This document shows positions 28,016 to 37,104 of a DNA stretch of 54,537 bases, piece by piece. The notes beneath the pieces are model-generated. The model was not told the origin of the DNA. It was given only the letters and a program-made list of their open reading frames with translations, and did not search any database. Origin of the DNA: Hyphomicrobiaceae bacterium (GTDB lineage Bacteria > Pseudomonadota > Alphaproteobacteria > Rhizobiales > Hyphomicrobiaceae); assembly GCA_035440865.1 (NCBI GenBank), contig DAORNH010000002.1, positions 1 to 54,537 on the forward strand, in the 5' to 3' direction. Within the stretch, counting starts at the first letter, position 1. Every line of letters begins with the position of its first letter. The position numbers were made by a program, and so were the translations under genes.

Positions 28016-30219
28016 CCTGTCACTCCGATTCTTTCGTTTTTGGCTGCGCTCGCACCCCTGCCGCTCGTCGAAGCGCGATTGGCACGGAAGCGAAGGAGCC
28101 GCAGCGCATTGATCGTGACGAGCACGGTGGCGCCAGTATCGGCCAGGATCGCCATCCAGAGCGTCGTCGTGCCGGTGAGCGTCGTAACCAGGAAAACGGC
28201 CTTGAGGCCGAGCGCGAGAGCGATGTTCTGCCAGATATTGCCCAGCGTCGCACGCGACAGCTCCACCAACTCGGCCACACCCGTAACCCGGTTCTTCAGA
28301 AGCGCCGCGTCGGCTGTTTCCAACGCGACGTCGGTGCCACCGCCCATGGCGATGCCCACCGAGGCAGCTGCCAGCGCCGGCGCATCGTTAATGCCGTCCC
28401 CCACCATAGCAACGCCACCATGCGCTCTCAGCGCGCCGATCTCGGAGAGCTTGGCGTCGGGCAGCAGTTCCGTTTTGGCTTCCATTCCCAGACCGCCAGC
28501 GATTGCAGCAGCCGTGCGCGCGTTGTCGCCGGTCAGCATGACAGCCCGGACGCCGAGCTCGTTAAGGCGTGCCACGCCGGCGGCGGCATCCTCGCGCGGC
28601 TCGTCGCGCAGGGCGATGATGCCGAGGATCCTCTTGCCGCTCAGCAGCACAACGGCGGTCTTGCCTTCGAACTCCAGCGATCTCAGGCGGGCACCGATCT
28701 CTTCGGGTACCTCGGCTTGCTCAGCCGCGTAGCGCGGTGAGCCAACCGAAACGAAGCCCTCCCGAAGGCGTGCCGTTACGGCCTTGCCGGGGACCGCCAT
28801 CGCCCCGCCGAACGTCTTCGGCAGCTCCAGGCCGCGGGCCTCCGCCGCCTCGACGATGGCGGCGCCGAGCGGGTGGCTGGACCCGCTTTCGACTGCGGCG
28901 GCCTTGGCGAGGATTTCGGCATCGTCGCCCTCGAGGGCAATGACATCCGTCACGCGCGGCCGCCCGACCGTAAGCGTTCCGGTCTTGTCAAAGGCGACCG
29001 TGCGCACTTTGCCCAGCGTCTCAAGCGCGGCGCCGCCTTTCACGAGAAGCCCGCGCCGGGCACCTGCGGCCAGTCCGGAAGCGATCGCCGCCGGCGTCGA
29101 GATGACGAGCGCGCATGGACAGGCGATAAGCAGCGTCGCTAGGCCGCGATAGACCCAGGTCGACCATTCCGCCCCGAACAGCAGCGGAGGCGCGATCATG
29201 ATCAGGGCGGCAACCGCCATGGCGGCGGGTGTGTAATAGGTGCTGAACCGGTCGATGAAGCGCGCCGTCGGGGCTTTCGAGCCTTGCGCCTCCTCTACGA
29301 GATGAATGATGCGTGCAATCGTGTTGTCGGCGGCCGTCCGCGTGATCCGCACCCGCAGCACGCCATTGGCGTTGATGCTGCCGGCAAAAACGGCGCTGCC
29401 CGGCTCCTTAAGGACCGGCACCGACTCGCCCGTGACGGGCGCCTCGTCCAGCTCGGACGAGCCCTCGACAACCTCTCCATCGGAAGGCACGCGATCGCCA
29501 GGGCGGACCACGACGATATTGCCGATGGCGAGCCGTTCGACCGGAACTTCCGCAACAGTTCCATCTCGCTCCAGGCGGGCGACGCGCGGCACGAGGTTCA
29601 TCAGCGAAGCGATCCCGGAGCGCGCCCGTCCTGCGGCGACGTTCTCGAGCAGCTCGCCTACCGCGAACAGGAAGACCACGACGGCGGCCTCTGCGCCCTC
29701 GCCAATCGCGATGGCGCCGATCGCGGCAACGGACATCAGGGTTTCGATGCTGAAGGGCGTACCATGACGTGCCCCGGCGACTGCACGCCGGGCGATCGGC
29801 ACGAGGCCGAGACCCGCCGCCGCCACATAGGCCCAGTCCGCCACATCCGGCGCAATCGTCGCGACTGCGAAGGCCAGAGCAAGGAGCGCGCCGGTGCCGA
29901 GAACGAGCTGGCCTTTGCCGGTGCGCCACCAGGTCCGATCGACGGTCTCAGGTCGGTCAGGCGGGACATTTTCGTCCGCCATAGGCTCGCCGCCCACGGG
30001 GTACGGCGTGTAACCGAGCGAGCGGATGCGCTCCTCGATCACCGTGCGCGACGTGCGGTCCTCGTCCAGAACGAGCGAGAGCATCTCCAGTCCGACATTC
30101 ACATTGATGTCGCTGACGCCGGGCAGACGTTTCAGTCCGTTCTCGATTTTGAGTCCGCAGGCCCCGCAATCCATGCCTTCGACGCGGAGCTTAAGCGCAC
30201 TGGCTGGCGCAACTGCCAT
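28012..30219 (-). CDS. Heavy-metal P1B-type ATPase, ZntA/CadA-like (Zn/Cd/Pb) signature
   Basis: N-terminal HMA GMDCGAC, TM CPC (IACPCAL), DKTGTLT, GDGINDAP, and a C-terminal LADTGATVLVTINALRLL as in ZntA-type pumps. Start set at the ATG for MAVAPAS. Confidence 0.9.
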   Translation of the reverse strand: MAVAPASALKLRVEGMDCGACGLKIENGLKRLPGVSDINVNVGLEMLSLVLDEDRTSRTVIEERIRSLGYTPYPVGGEPMADENVPPDRPETVDRTWWRTGKGQLVLGTGALLALAFAVATIAPDVADWAYVAAAGLGLVPIARRAVAGARHGTPFSIETLMSVAAIGAIAIGEGAEAAVVVFLFAVGELLENVAAGRARSGIASLMNLVPRVARLERDGTVAEVPVERLAIGNIVVVRPGDRVPSDGEVVEGSSELDEAPVTGESVPVLKEPGSAVFAGSINANGVLRVRITRTAADNTIARIIHLVEEAQGSKAPTARFIDRFSTYYTPAAMAVAALIMIAPPLLFGAEWSTWVYRGLATLLIACPCALVISTPAAIASGLAAGARRGLLVKGGAALETLGKVRTVAFDKTGTLTVGRPRVTDVIALEGDDAEILAKAAAVESGSSHPLGAAIVEAAEARGLELPKTFGGAMAVPGKAVTARLREGFVSVGSPRYAAEQAEVPEEIGARLRSLEFEGKTAVVLLSGKRILGIIALRDEPREDAAAGVARLNELGVRAVMLTGDNARTAAAIAGGLGMEAKTELLPDAKLSEIGALRAHGGVAMVGDGINDAPALAAASVGIAMGGGTDVALETADAALLKNRVTGVAELVELSRATLGNIWQNIALALGLKAVFLVTTLTGTTTLWMAILADTGATVLVTINALRLLRFRANRASTSGRGASAAKNERIGVTG

Positions 30220-30251
30220 GATGTCACCTCGACTTGTTCGATGTGACATCG

Positions 30252-30282
30252 CATATAGACCCTGTAGCAACTACAGGGTCAA
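30252..30282 (-). promoter_or_regulatory. MerR-type promoter for the ATPase operon: -35 TTGACC, 19-bp spacer containing a perfect dyad, -10 TATATG
   Basis: The minus strand reads TTGACC-ctgtagttgctacagggtc-TATATG. The perfect 10-bp inverted repeat gaccctgtag-caa-ctacagggtc spans 30258-30280. Confidence 0.75.
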
Positions 30283-30283
30283 G

Positions 30284-30700
30284 ATGATGACGCGCGAAAA
30301 GTTCTCAATCGGCGATTTGGCCAAGGCGACCGACACGAAGGTAGAGACGATCCGGTATTACGAGCGCATAGGGCTCTTGCCGGAGCCAGCACGCACTAGC
30401 GGCAATTACCGGAGCTATTCGGCCGCGCATCTCGGTCGCCTCAGCTTCATTCGCCGCGCGCGCGATCTCGGCTTCTCGATCGAGCAGGTGCGCGACCTCC
30501 TCGGACTTTCCGATCAGCGCGATCGACCTTGTGAGGCTGTTGACGCGATCGCCCGGGAGCATCTCGGCGAAGTGCAGCGCAAGATCCGGGACCTTCAGGC
30601 CCTGCGCCGCGAGCTGGACAGCATTCTCAGCCAGTGCGGATGCGGCACAATCGCCGAATGCCGGATTATCGAAGCGCTGTCGCCCAACGATCATCGCTGA
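30284..30700 (+). CDS. MerR-family metal-responsive transcriptional regulator (CadR/ZntR/PbrR-like)
   Basis: FSIGDLAKATDTKVETIRYYERIGLL HTH, coiled-coil, C-terminal Cys cluster SQCGCGTIAEC. Divergent from the ATPase. Confidence 0.88.
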   Translation: MMTREKFSIGDLAKATDTKVETIRYYERIGLLPEPARTSGNYRSYSAAHLGRLSFIRRARDLGFSIEQVRDLLGLSDQRDRPCEAVDAIAREHLGEVQRKIRDLQALRRELDSILSQCGCGTIAECRIIEALSPNDHR

Positions 30701-31049
30701 GCTGAAGCCCCGCGGCAGGAGTATGGGGGGTCAGCTTACCCGGCTGATGATGAACCGGCTTTGGGGTAATGCGGGCAGCCGTGAGTAGTCGATCCGCAAA
30801 TCTTGCTCCGGCACTTGGTATCTGATCCGTCTGGTCAGAACGTCTGACGCCTGCTTCATCAGCTGGATTGTGATCCACTCGCCAGCGCAGCGGTGGTCGG
30901 CGTTGTGATCCCCGCCGCCCTGAGGAACGAAGTTGAACGGGCTGCCGTCCCAAGCACGAAATCGTTCAGGCCAAAAAGCCTCGGGTGAGTCCCACGTCCT
31001 GGCGTCGTGGTTCGTTCCGTAAAGATCCAGGATAACGCGTCGCCCGCTA

Positions 31050-32093
31050 GAGCATGATCCATTCATATGGAAGCATATCCTGAGTTGGAGAGATAGTTTG
31101 AGCATTCGGTTGGAGTGAAGTTGTTGAGCAGCGATCCGATGTGCCGCCAGGTTGCTTCGACGCTGCGCCTGTCGGCTTTGCGAAGGAGTGTCTTGAGCTT
31201 TGCGAAGACCTGCTCGATGGGATTGAGGTCCGGGCTGTAGGGCGGCAGGAAGAGCAGCTTGGCCCCGGCCCTGCGCAGGGCCGCGCGCACGGCTTTGCCT
31301 TTGTGGCTTCCCAGATTGTCGAGGATGACGATGTCGCCCGGGGTGAGCGTGGGCACAAGAATCTGCTCGACATAGGCCAGAAAGGATTGGCCATTGATGG
31401 GTCCGTCCATCACACAGGGTGCGTCGATGCGGTCCGTGCGCAAAGCGGCAAGGAAGGTCAGCGTCCGCCAGTGTCCGTGCGGCACTTTGGCGACGAGGCG
31501 CTGGCCCCGCGCGCAGCGGCCATGGGTGCGCGTCATGTTGGTCTTGGCCCACGTCTCATCAATGAAGACGAGGCGGGCGGGATCAAGTTTGCCCTGATGG
31601 CGCTTCCAGCGTTCGCGCCGCCTTGCGACGTCAGGCCTGTCCTGCTCGCTTGCGTGCAGGCTTTTTTTTGAAGGTGATCCCTTCGTCGTCCAGCAGGCGC
31701 CAGACCGAGCCATAGCTCGCCGGGATCGCACGCGCGTGGAGTTCGCCCACCAGTGCGCGCAATGTCAGGTCCGGCTTGGCTTGAAGACGCTGCAGCATCC
31801 AGTCCCGCTGCCCGGCCAGAGAGCGCGCATGGCGCGTCCCCATCGGCTTGGCGGCAACAGTGCCGGTCTGCCGCTTGCGCTGTGACCAGCGGACCACGCT
31901 GGCGACGCTGACACCAAAAATCGCCGCAACCTCGCGGCATGAGTGACCAGCTTCCACACGCCGCACCACCCGCTTGCGCAAATCCTCAGATAACGCTCGG
32001 ACCATTCATGCTGACCTCCTGCCAGTCTGCATCTTGAATCAGACTCGCAGACCCTTGGGAATCCCAATGATTCAAATCACCAGAATCATGCTC
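31050..32093 (-). mobile_element. IS630-family insertion sequence (~1.04 kb) flanked by a TA target duplication
   Basis: TA at 31048-31049 and 32094-32095. Both termini begin GAGCATGAT in inverted orientation. Encodes an IS630-type DDE transposase. Confidence 0.85.
31063..32005 (-). CDS. IS630-family transposase in two overlapping frames: orfA 31631-32005 (HTH) and orfB 31063-31731 (DDE), joined at an A8 tract
   Basis: orfA reads MVRALSEDLRKRVVRRVEAGHSCREVAAIFGVS. orfB contains FIDETWAKTNM, LDNLGSHK and LPPYSPDLNPIE. The run of 8 A (T8 at 31662-31669 on plus) sits in the overlap. orfB is +1 relative to orfA. Confidence 0.85.
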
Positions 32094-33020
32094 TAGGGAA
32101 GCGGTATCCCATCCAATCGAAATCGGATCGCACCAGCGCCGCGACAGCGGGAAAGAAAGGGTAGAAGCGCCGAACCTCCTGGACGAAGAGTTCTGGGTAA
32201 GAACCGTCGTCGCCGTCTTCGAGCTCGCTGCGGCAATCAGGATGGTGATGAAGGGCGTGGGCGACGAAGGTGATGTAGACACCGACGGCAACGATCGGTC
32301 TAATCACGTTGAGGACTTCAACAGCGGCGACGTGAGGGCTCAGCAGTTCACCGTCCAAGTCCCGATGCTTCGCAATGGTCGAAGCAGCCGATCCTTCCGG
32401 CGGGCGCATTTGTCCTGAACGGATCTGCATGACAACGTTCTCAATCCAGCGATTGGCCCGCTTGCGCGCCCAACGAGCTCGCCAGTGCTTGGGGCCGACC
32501 GAGCCCGCGGCGTCGAACAGCGCGGTGATCTCGTGCGTTCGCTGTGGCACCTGAGCCTCGGGTAGCGGCACCCCGGCCCACGCGCACGCGGCTCGGGTCA
32601 GGAGTTCGTGAAGCTCGTCGTATAAGACGATCTCGTCCTTCTGTGCCCATAGGCGAGCACGGGCCTGCCACTCCTCCGCAGTAGTTGCTATCAGTCCTTC
32701 GATCCGCTCGGGCGTCATCAGGGACATGAACATCTGCTTGCGATGTCGGTGAGCCGCGTCATCCAGCCCTTGCACACCACCTCTTCCGAGCAGCGTTTTC
32801 TGGATTCGCCCGATCATGGCGCCCTGCCGCTTAAATCGGCTTTGATCGTAGAAAAGCCGAGCCGCCTCGGGCCCCGTCATACAGATTGTCTTGCCGAGCA
32901 TAAGCCGGGTCTCGAACAGGTCAGCTCCATGGGCGCGGCACTGCTTCGAGATGAACCTGTAAGGGTCCTTGAGCAGCGCGAGCGTCGCGTCGAGCCGGTT
33001 GTCACGAGGGAGTTGCGGCA

Positions 33021-33521
33021 TCAAGGCGCCTTCATCGGACCAACATCGGGGTGCTTCTTCGGACCCTTCGCCTCGTCTCTGGGCAAGATGCTTTCGAGCA
33101 ACAGAAGGCCGACGCCGCTCACGATCGCCACATCGGCGAGATTGAAAGCCGGCCAGTGAAAGGTGGCGAGGTAGAAGTCCAGAAAGTCCGTCACGGCGCC
33201 ATGCCGCAGCCGGTCGACGAGGTTGCCGACCGCGCCCCCGGCGATGAGCCCGAGCGAAATGGCCGTCCGGCGGTAATCGGCCCGCTGCATCCAAACAATG
33301 AGCCCGGCCACAATCGCCAGCGTGAGAGCCATCAGTGCCCATGGCGAGGCGTCGCCAAACAGCCCGAAACTCACGCCCGTGTTGCGGCCGAGGACCAGGT
33401 TGAAGAAGCCGGTGACCGGGATCACCCGGGGCGGGGCCATGACGTGGTTGAGGATCAGCCACTTCGATACCTGATCCGCCGTGAAGGCAATGAATGCGAT
33501 GGGGAGCCCAAGTTTCAGCAT
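33021..33521 (-). CDS. lspA: Lipoprotein signal peptidase II
   Basis: FNLVLGRNTGVSFGLF, GGAVGNLVDRLRHGAVTDFLDF, WPAFNLADVAI. Its stop overlaps the P450 start by 1 nt. Confidence 0.9.
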   Translation of the reverse strand: MLKLGLPIAFIAFTADQVSKWLILNHVMAPPRVIPVTGFFNLVLGRNTGVSFGLFGDASPWALMALTLAIVAGLIVWMQRADYRRTAISLGLIAGGAVGNLVDRLRHGAVTDFLDFYLATFHWPAFNLADVAIVSGVGLLLLESILPRDEAKGPKKHPDVGPMKAP

Positions 33522-33545
33522 GCCTGTCCTATTCCGTTGTTGGGC

Positions 33546-34289
33546 TCAACCGATCTGGCCAAGAGCCGGGAAGGTCTGCAGGAGCCAGATCGCGAAGCTG
33601 CTCAGTTGGCCGGTAATCATCGCGATGCCCATTACTACCATTGTCCCGCCGGCAACGATCTTCAGGACGCGTCCGGTTCGCCGCATGGCCGTCATCCGCG
33701 CCATGAAACCGCGCATGAACAGGGCGGCTAGGATGAACGGCAGGCCAAGTCCGAGCGAATAGACTGCCAGGAGGGCCGTTCCGCTTCCGGCCGTGGCGTT
33801 CGCGGCCGAAAGCGCCAATATCGCACCGAGAACCGGCCCGATGCAGGGCGTCCAGCCGAAGGCGAAGGCGAGGCCCAGGAGGTAGTTTGCCCAAGGCCCG
33901 CCGCCATGACGGCCCGAATGAAATCTCACATCCCGCTCGAACCACGGCATGGGCACGAGGCCGGTCGTGAACAGGCCGAAGACAATGACGATCGCACCGC
34001 CGATCAGATTGGCCTCATAGAGGTGCGCGCGCAGAAGCCCACTTAGCGCTGTCGCGCTGGCTCCGAGGAGGACGAATACGGTAGTGAAGCCGAGCACGAA
34101 GCAGAGGCCCAAACCGAGTGTTCGAACCGTCTCCTTCAGGCCTACTGGGCCGGCAAGCCCATCCGGGCTGATGGTCCGCCCGGCGACATAGGACACATAG
34201 CCCGGCACGAGAGGCAGAACGCAAGGGGATAGGAACGAGATGACGCCCGCGGCAAAAGCCGTGGCTATACCAACGCCGGAGGGGTCCAC
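33546..34289 (-). CDS. CcdA/DsbD-family transmembrane thiol:disulfide electron transporter
   Basis: SFLSPCVLPLVPGYVSY and WTPCIGPVLGAIL motifs, six or more TM segments. GTG start with a GGAGGAGGA Shine-Dalgarno. Confidence 0.85.
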   Translation of the reverse strand: MDPSGVGIATAFAAGVISFLSPCVLPLVPGYVSYVAGRTISPDGLAGPVGLKETVRTLGLGLCFVLGFTTVFVLLGASATALSGLLRAHLYEANLIGGAIVIVFGLFTTGLVPMPWFERDVRFHSGRHGGGPWANYLLGLAFAFGWTPCIGPVLGAILALSAANATAGSGTALLAVYSLGLGLPFILAALFMRGFMARMTAMRRTGRVLKIVAGGTMVVMGIAMITGQLSSFAIWLLQTFPALGQIG

Positions 34290-34304
34290 TGCGATCCTCC
34301 TCCG

Positions 34305-35189
34305 TCAGGCCTTGGCGCCGCTCGCCGATGCGGCCTCTCGAAGATCGTTGCGGGCATCGCGGATGATCGACCACGCCGACTGCAGGAACAGCCCGGCCAC
34401 GGCAAACGCCACGATCAGATCCGGCCAGGGCGAATTCAGCGCCCATACGACGCCGGCCGCGACCACTACGGCGAGGTTGCCAATTGCGTCGTTGCGTGAA
34501 AACAGCCACACGGCGCGCATGTTGGCATCGCCCTTCCGGTGCGGCAGCAGCACCACGGCCGCGAGCACGTTGACGATCAGGGCGACGATGGCAAAACCCG
34601 CCATCAGCAGCGTTTGGGGCTCGTGCTCGACGAAGACGCGGTAGAACGTCGAGCCGATCACGCCAAAGCCGAGCAGCGCGAGAAAGATTCCCTGCAGCAG
34701 TGCCGCGCGGGCTCGCGCTGCAAGGCCCCAGCCCACGGCTATCAGCCCAAGGAACGAGATCAGACCGTCGCCGATGAAGTCGAGCGCGTCGGCCTGCAGC
34801 GCTTGCGAGCCCGCGAGGAAGCTGCCGCCGATTTCAATGACGCCGTAGCCAACGTTCAGCAGAACGACGATCCATAGGGCCCGCTTATAGGCCGGCGTGA
34901 CATGCGACAGATCTGGGATGCGGTCGTCGTCATCATCCTCGGCGGCATCGGCCGAAGCCTTGGCCGCGCCGATACGGTCGAGTTGGTAACCGAGCTCGCT
35001 CACCGCATTTTCAACGACGGGCAGTCGGGCGGCTGGATCATCGACCTCAAGCGTCATGATCTGCGAGGCGATCGACACCTTTACATCGGAGACACCGGAG
35101 ACCTTGCGCGCTGCGCCTTCGATTTTGGCGGCGCACGAGGCACAATCCATGCCCGTGACGTGATAGCGGGCCGTGGCGGGAGCAGTCAT
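34305..35189 (-). CDS. Cation diffusion facilitator (CDF) membrane domain fused to an N-terminal HMA metal-binding domain
   Basis: YHVTGMDCASCAAKIE HMA, an acidic linker (EDDDDD), then a CDF TM core (ALQADALDFIGD...). No obvious C-terminal cytoplasmic CDF domain. Confidence 0.8.
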   Translation of the reverse strand: MTAPATARYHVTGMDCASCAAKIEGAARKVSGVSDVKVSIASQIMTLEVDDPAARLPVVENAVSELGYQLDRIGAAKASADAAEDDDDDRIPDLSHVTPAYKRALWIVVLLNVGYGVIEIGGSFLAGSQALQADALDFIGDGLISFLGLIAVGWGLAARARAALLQGIFLALLGFGVIGSTFYRVFVEHEPQTLLMAGFAIVALIVNVLAAVVLLPHRKGDANMRAVWLFSRNDAIGNLAVVVAAGVVWALNSPWPDLIVAFAVAGLFLQSAWSIIRDARNDLREAASASGAKA

Positions 35190-36556
35190 GGATTCGGTCC
35201 TTTGGGCTCGAAGGGAATGATCGGGCGAACTTTGCCGCCTTGGGTTTGTTCGGGCGGCTCGTCGCCGCGCTCGATTCGGACGTGGCCGAGACCGTGTCGC
35301 TCGAGCAGTCCGCGCATATCAGCCTCGACCCGCGGCCATACGGTGTCAGGATTGCCGGAGACTTTCAGGCGCACGCGCACCGCATCGGGTGCCGTCTGCA
35401 CCACCTGGTAGAGATCGACGCCCTGCACTGGATCAAGTAGGGAGTAAAAGACCATTGGCGGCATGGTCACGGCCTGGCCGCCGCGGCCGGCGAAGCGCAC
35501 TAGTTCGGAGGCGCGCCCTTGGACTCGGATTGCCGGAAAAGGGCTGCCGCAGGGGCAGGCGTCCGGCCGCTCGACGATGCTGTCGCCGAGATCGTAGCGT
35601 AGAACGGGCTGCAGGGCGTTCGCCAGATTGCTCACCAGGACCGTGTGCGAGACATCCCCTTTGGGTACTGGCCTGTGGCTCGCATCGACGGCCTCGAATG
35701 TCGCCCAATCGGAGTTCACGTGCAGCCAACCATGAGGGCAGCTGAAGCTCAAAAACGGCACTTCCGTTGAAGCGTAGCTATTGCCCACCTTGGCGTTGAA
35801 GGCGCGCGCGATGCGCCCGTATTCTTCCGGAGCTAAGCCCTCGGCCGCAAGCGCGAGCAGCGCGGGGCGAATATGCAGCCGGCCCTGCTCCTGTTCTGTG
35901 GCGAGTAGCGCTGCAATGCTCGCGTAAGGCGCCACGAGCACGGGCTGGAAATCATTAAGGGCGGCCACGATCTCCCGGATTGGATCATGCACCGAGAGCT
36001 GCAGCAGTTTATTCTTGCGCCGACGCTTCAACGCCGCGGCGGCCACAGCCGACGCGAAATGTCCGCCCTTGGCCATCACCATCGCCATGCGCCCGGAGCC
36101 GGCGATGATCTTCACGAAATCGCCGAAGCTTAACCAGCTCGTGAGCATGCGAAAGGCGATCGACTGTGTGACCGCCATGGCCCGATCGTCATAAACGAAG
36201 ATGCCTTTGGTCCCACTCGTCCCTGAGGTGGTCGCCAGGGTGTAGCCGTGGAACTTCTCGCCGACTTTTTTCAGGTCTTCGGCGAAGGCTTGTGCGTCGG
36301 ACAACCTGATCGTCCGATCGGTTACCCAATCGTCGAATCCACTCATCAGCCACTTCTTGGTGGTGATCGGCATGTTCTCGAGCCTAACCGGCCCCTCGGG
36401 TATATCGGCATAAAGACGCCGGTAGAGGGGGGAATTGGCCCGAGCGAAAGCGACCATTGCGCCGAGTCGCTCACGTTGCCGTCGGACAATGCCTTCGGCC
36501 CCTTCCTTCCTCGCGCGGCGGTTATCGATCACGAGCCCAAGCAGGTTTTCACCCAT
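35186..36556 (-). CDS. PaaK / coenzyme F390 synthetase-like adenylate-forming enzyme
   Basis: LATTSGTSGTKGIFVY AMP-binding P-loop, ~450 aa PaaK-like length. First gene after the MerR-type promoter. ATGA overlap with the CDF gene. Confidence 0.7.
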   Translation of the reverse strand: MGENLLGLVIDNRRARKEGAEGIVRRQRERLGAMVAFARANSPLYRRLYADIPEGPVRLENMPITTKKWLMSGFDDWVTDRTIRLSDAQAFAEDLKKVGEKFHGYTLATTSGTSGTKGIFVYDDRAMAVTQSIAFRMLTSWLSFGDFVKIIAGSGRMAMVMAKGGHFASAVAAAALKRRRKNKLLQLSVHDPIREIVAALNDFQPVLVAPYASIAALLATEQEQGRLHIRPALLALAAEGLAPEEYGRIARAFNAKVGNSYASTEVPFLSFSCPHGWLHVNSDWATFEAVDASHRPVPKGDVSHTVLVSNLANALQPVLRYDLGDSIVERPDACPCGSPFPAIRVQGRASELVRFAGRGGQAVTMPPMVFYSLLDPVQGVDLYQVVQTAPDAVRVRLKVSGNPDTVWPRVEADMRGLLERHGLGHVRIERGDEPPEQTQGGKVRPIIPFEPKGPNP

Positions 36557-36612
36557 GCGAAGGCCTCCTTTCTCGATATGCCGAACGCGCCCTTGCGGTG
36601 ATATGTGCTCCG

Positions 36613-36643
36613 AATCTACAACCTGTAGCGACTACAGGAGCAA
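36613..36643 (-). promoter_or_regulatory. Second MerR-type promoter: -35 TTGCTC, 19-bp spacer with a dyad, -10 TAGATT
   Basis: The minus strand reads TTGCTC-ctgtagtcgctacaggttg-TAGATT. The dyad cctgtag-cga-ctacagg spans 36622-36638 and has the same core as the operator at 30258-30280. Confidence 0.7.
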
Positions 36644-36652
36644 GGACTAAAA

Positions 36653-37039
36653 ATGCAGATCGGGGACCTGTCGCGCGCCGCCGGCGTCAACATCGAAACC
36701 ATCCGGTATTACGAGCGGATCGGCGTGCTGCCTAGGGCGGCCCGCCAGGTGAACGGCCGGCGTACCTACTCCCAAGACGATGCGCGCCGCTTGGGCTTCA
36801 TTCGTCATGCCCGGGATCTTGGATTTGATCTGGCCGACGTGCGCACGCTTCTTGCCCTGCAGGAGCAACCCGAAGCCTCCTGCGAAGATGCAAGCCGTAT
36901 CGCCCAAGCACAGCTCGAGGCGGTCGAGAGCCGAATTGCCAGGCTCCAGAGCCTGCGCGCCGAGCTCACCCGCATGCTGACGGAATGTCAGAATGGGGTT
37001 GTCGCCCAATGTCGCGTCATTGAAGCGCTCAACGGCTAG
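36653..37039 (+). CDS. MerR-family metal-responsive transcriptional regulator
   Basis: MQIGDLSRAAGVNIETIRYYERIGVLP HTH. Cys residues at SCED and ECQNGVVAQC. Divergent from the PaaK-like operon. Confidence 0.88.
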   Translation: MQIGDLSRAAGVNIETIRYYERIGVLPRAARQVNGRRTYSQDDARRLGFIRHARDLGFDLADVRTLLALQEQPEASCEDASRIAQAQLEAVESRIARLQSLRAELTRMLTECQNGVVAQCRVIEALNG

Positions 37040-37104
37040 TAGGAGGAATCAGTAGGAGGCCCGTCTCGCTTCCGCCGCGCCTTCGCAACCTCCGCTGATC
37101 CTCA

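Larger units (their letters stand above)
30731..33021 (-). pseudogene. CYP152-family cytochrome P450 (fatty-acid peroxygenase/decarboxylase type) split by an IS630-family insertion
   Basis: The N-part 32094-33021 ends ...DFDWMGYRFP. The C-part 30731-31049 continues GRRVILDLYGTNHD...FVPQGGGDHNADHRCAGEW (haem Cys loop). Removing the IS and one TA restores an in-frame 414-codon gene (YRFPSGRRVIL). Confidence 0.85.

Noticed and set aside
32086-33462. 458-aa ORF suggesting a long N-terminal extension of the P450
   Set aside because: The first 147 codons overlap lspA in another frame and are Arg/Pro/Gly-rich. CYP152 homology begins at MPQLPRDNRLDATLALLKDPY (start 33021). The last two codons and the stop come from the IS end.
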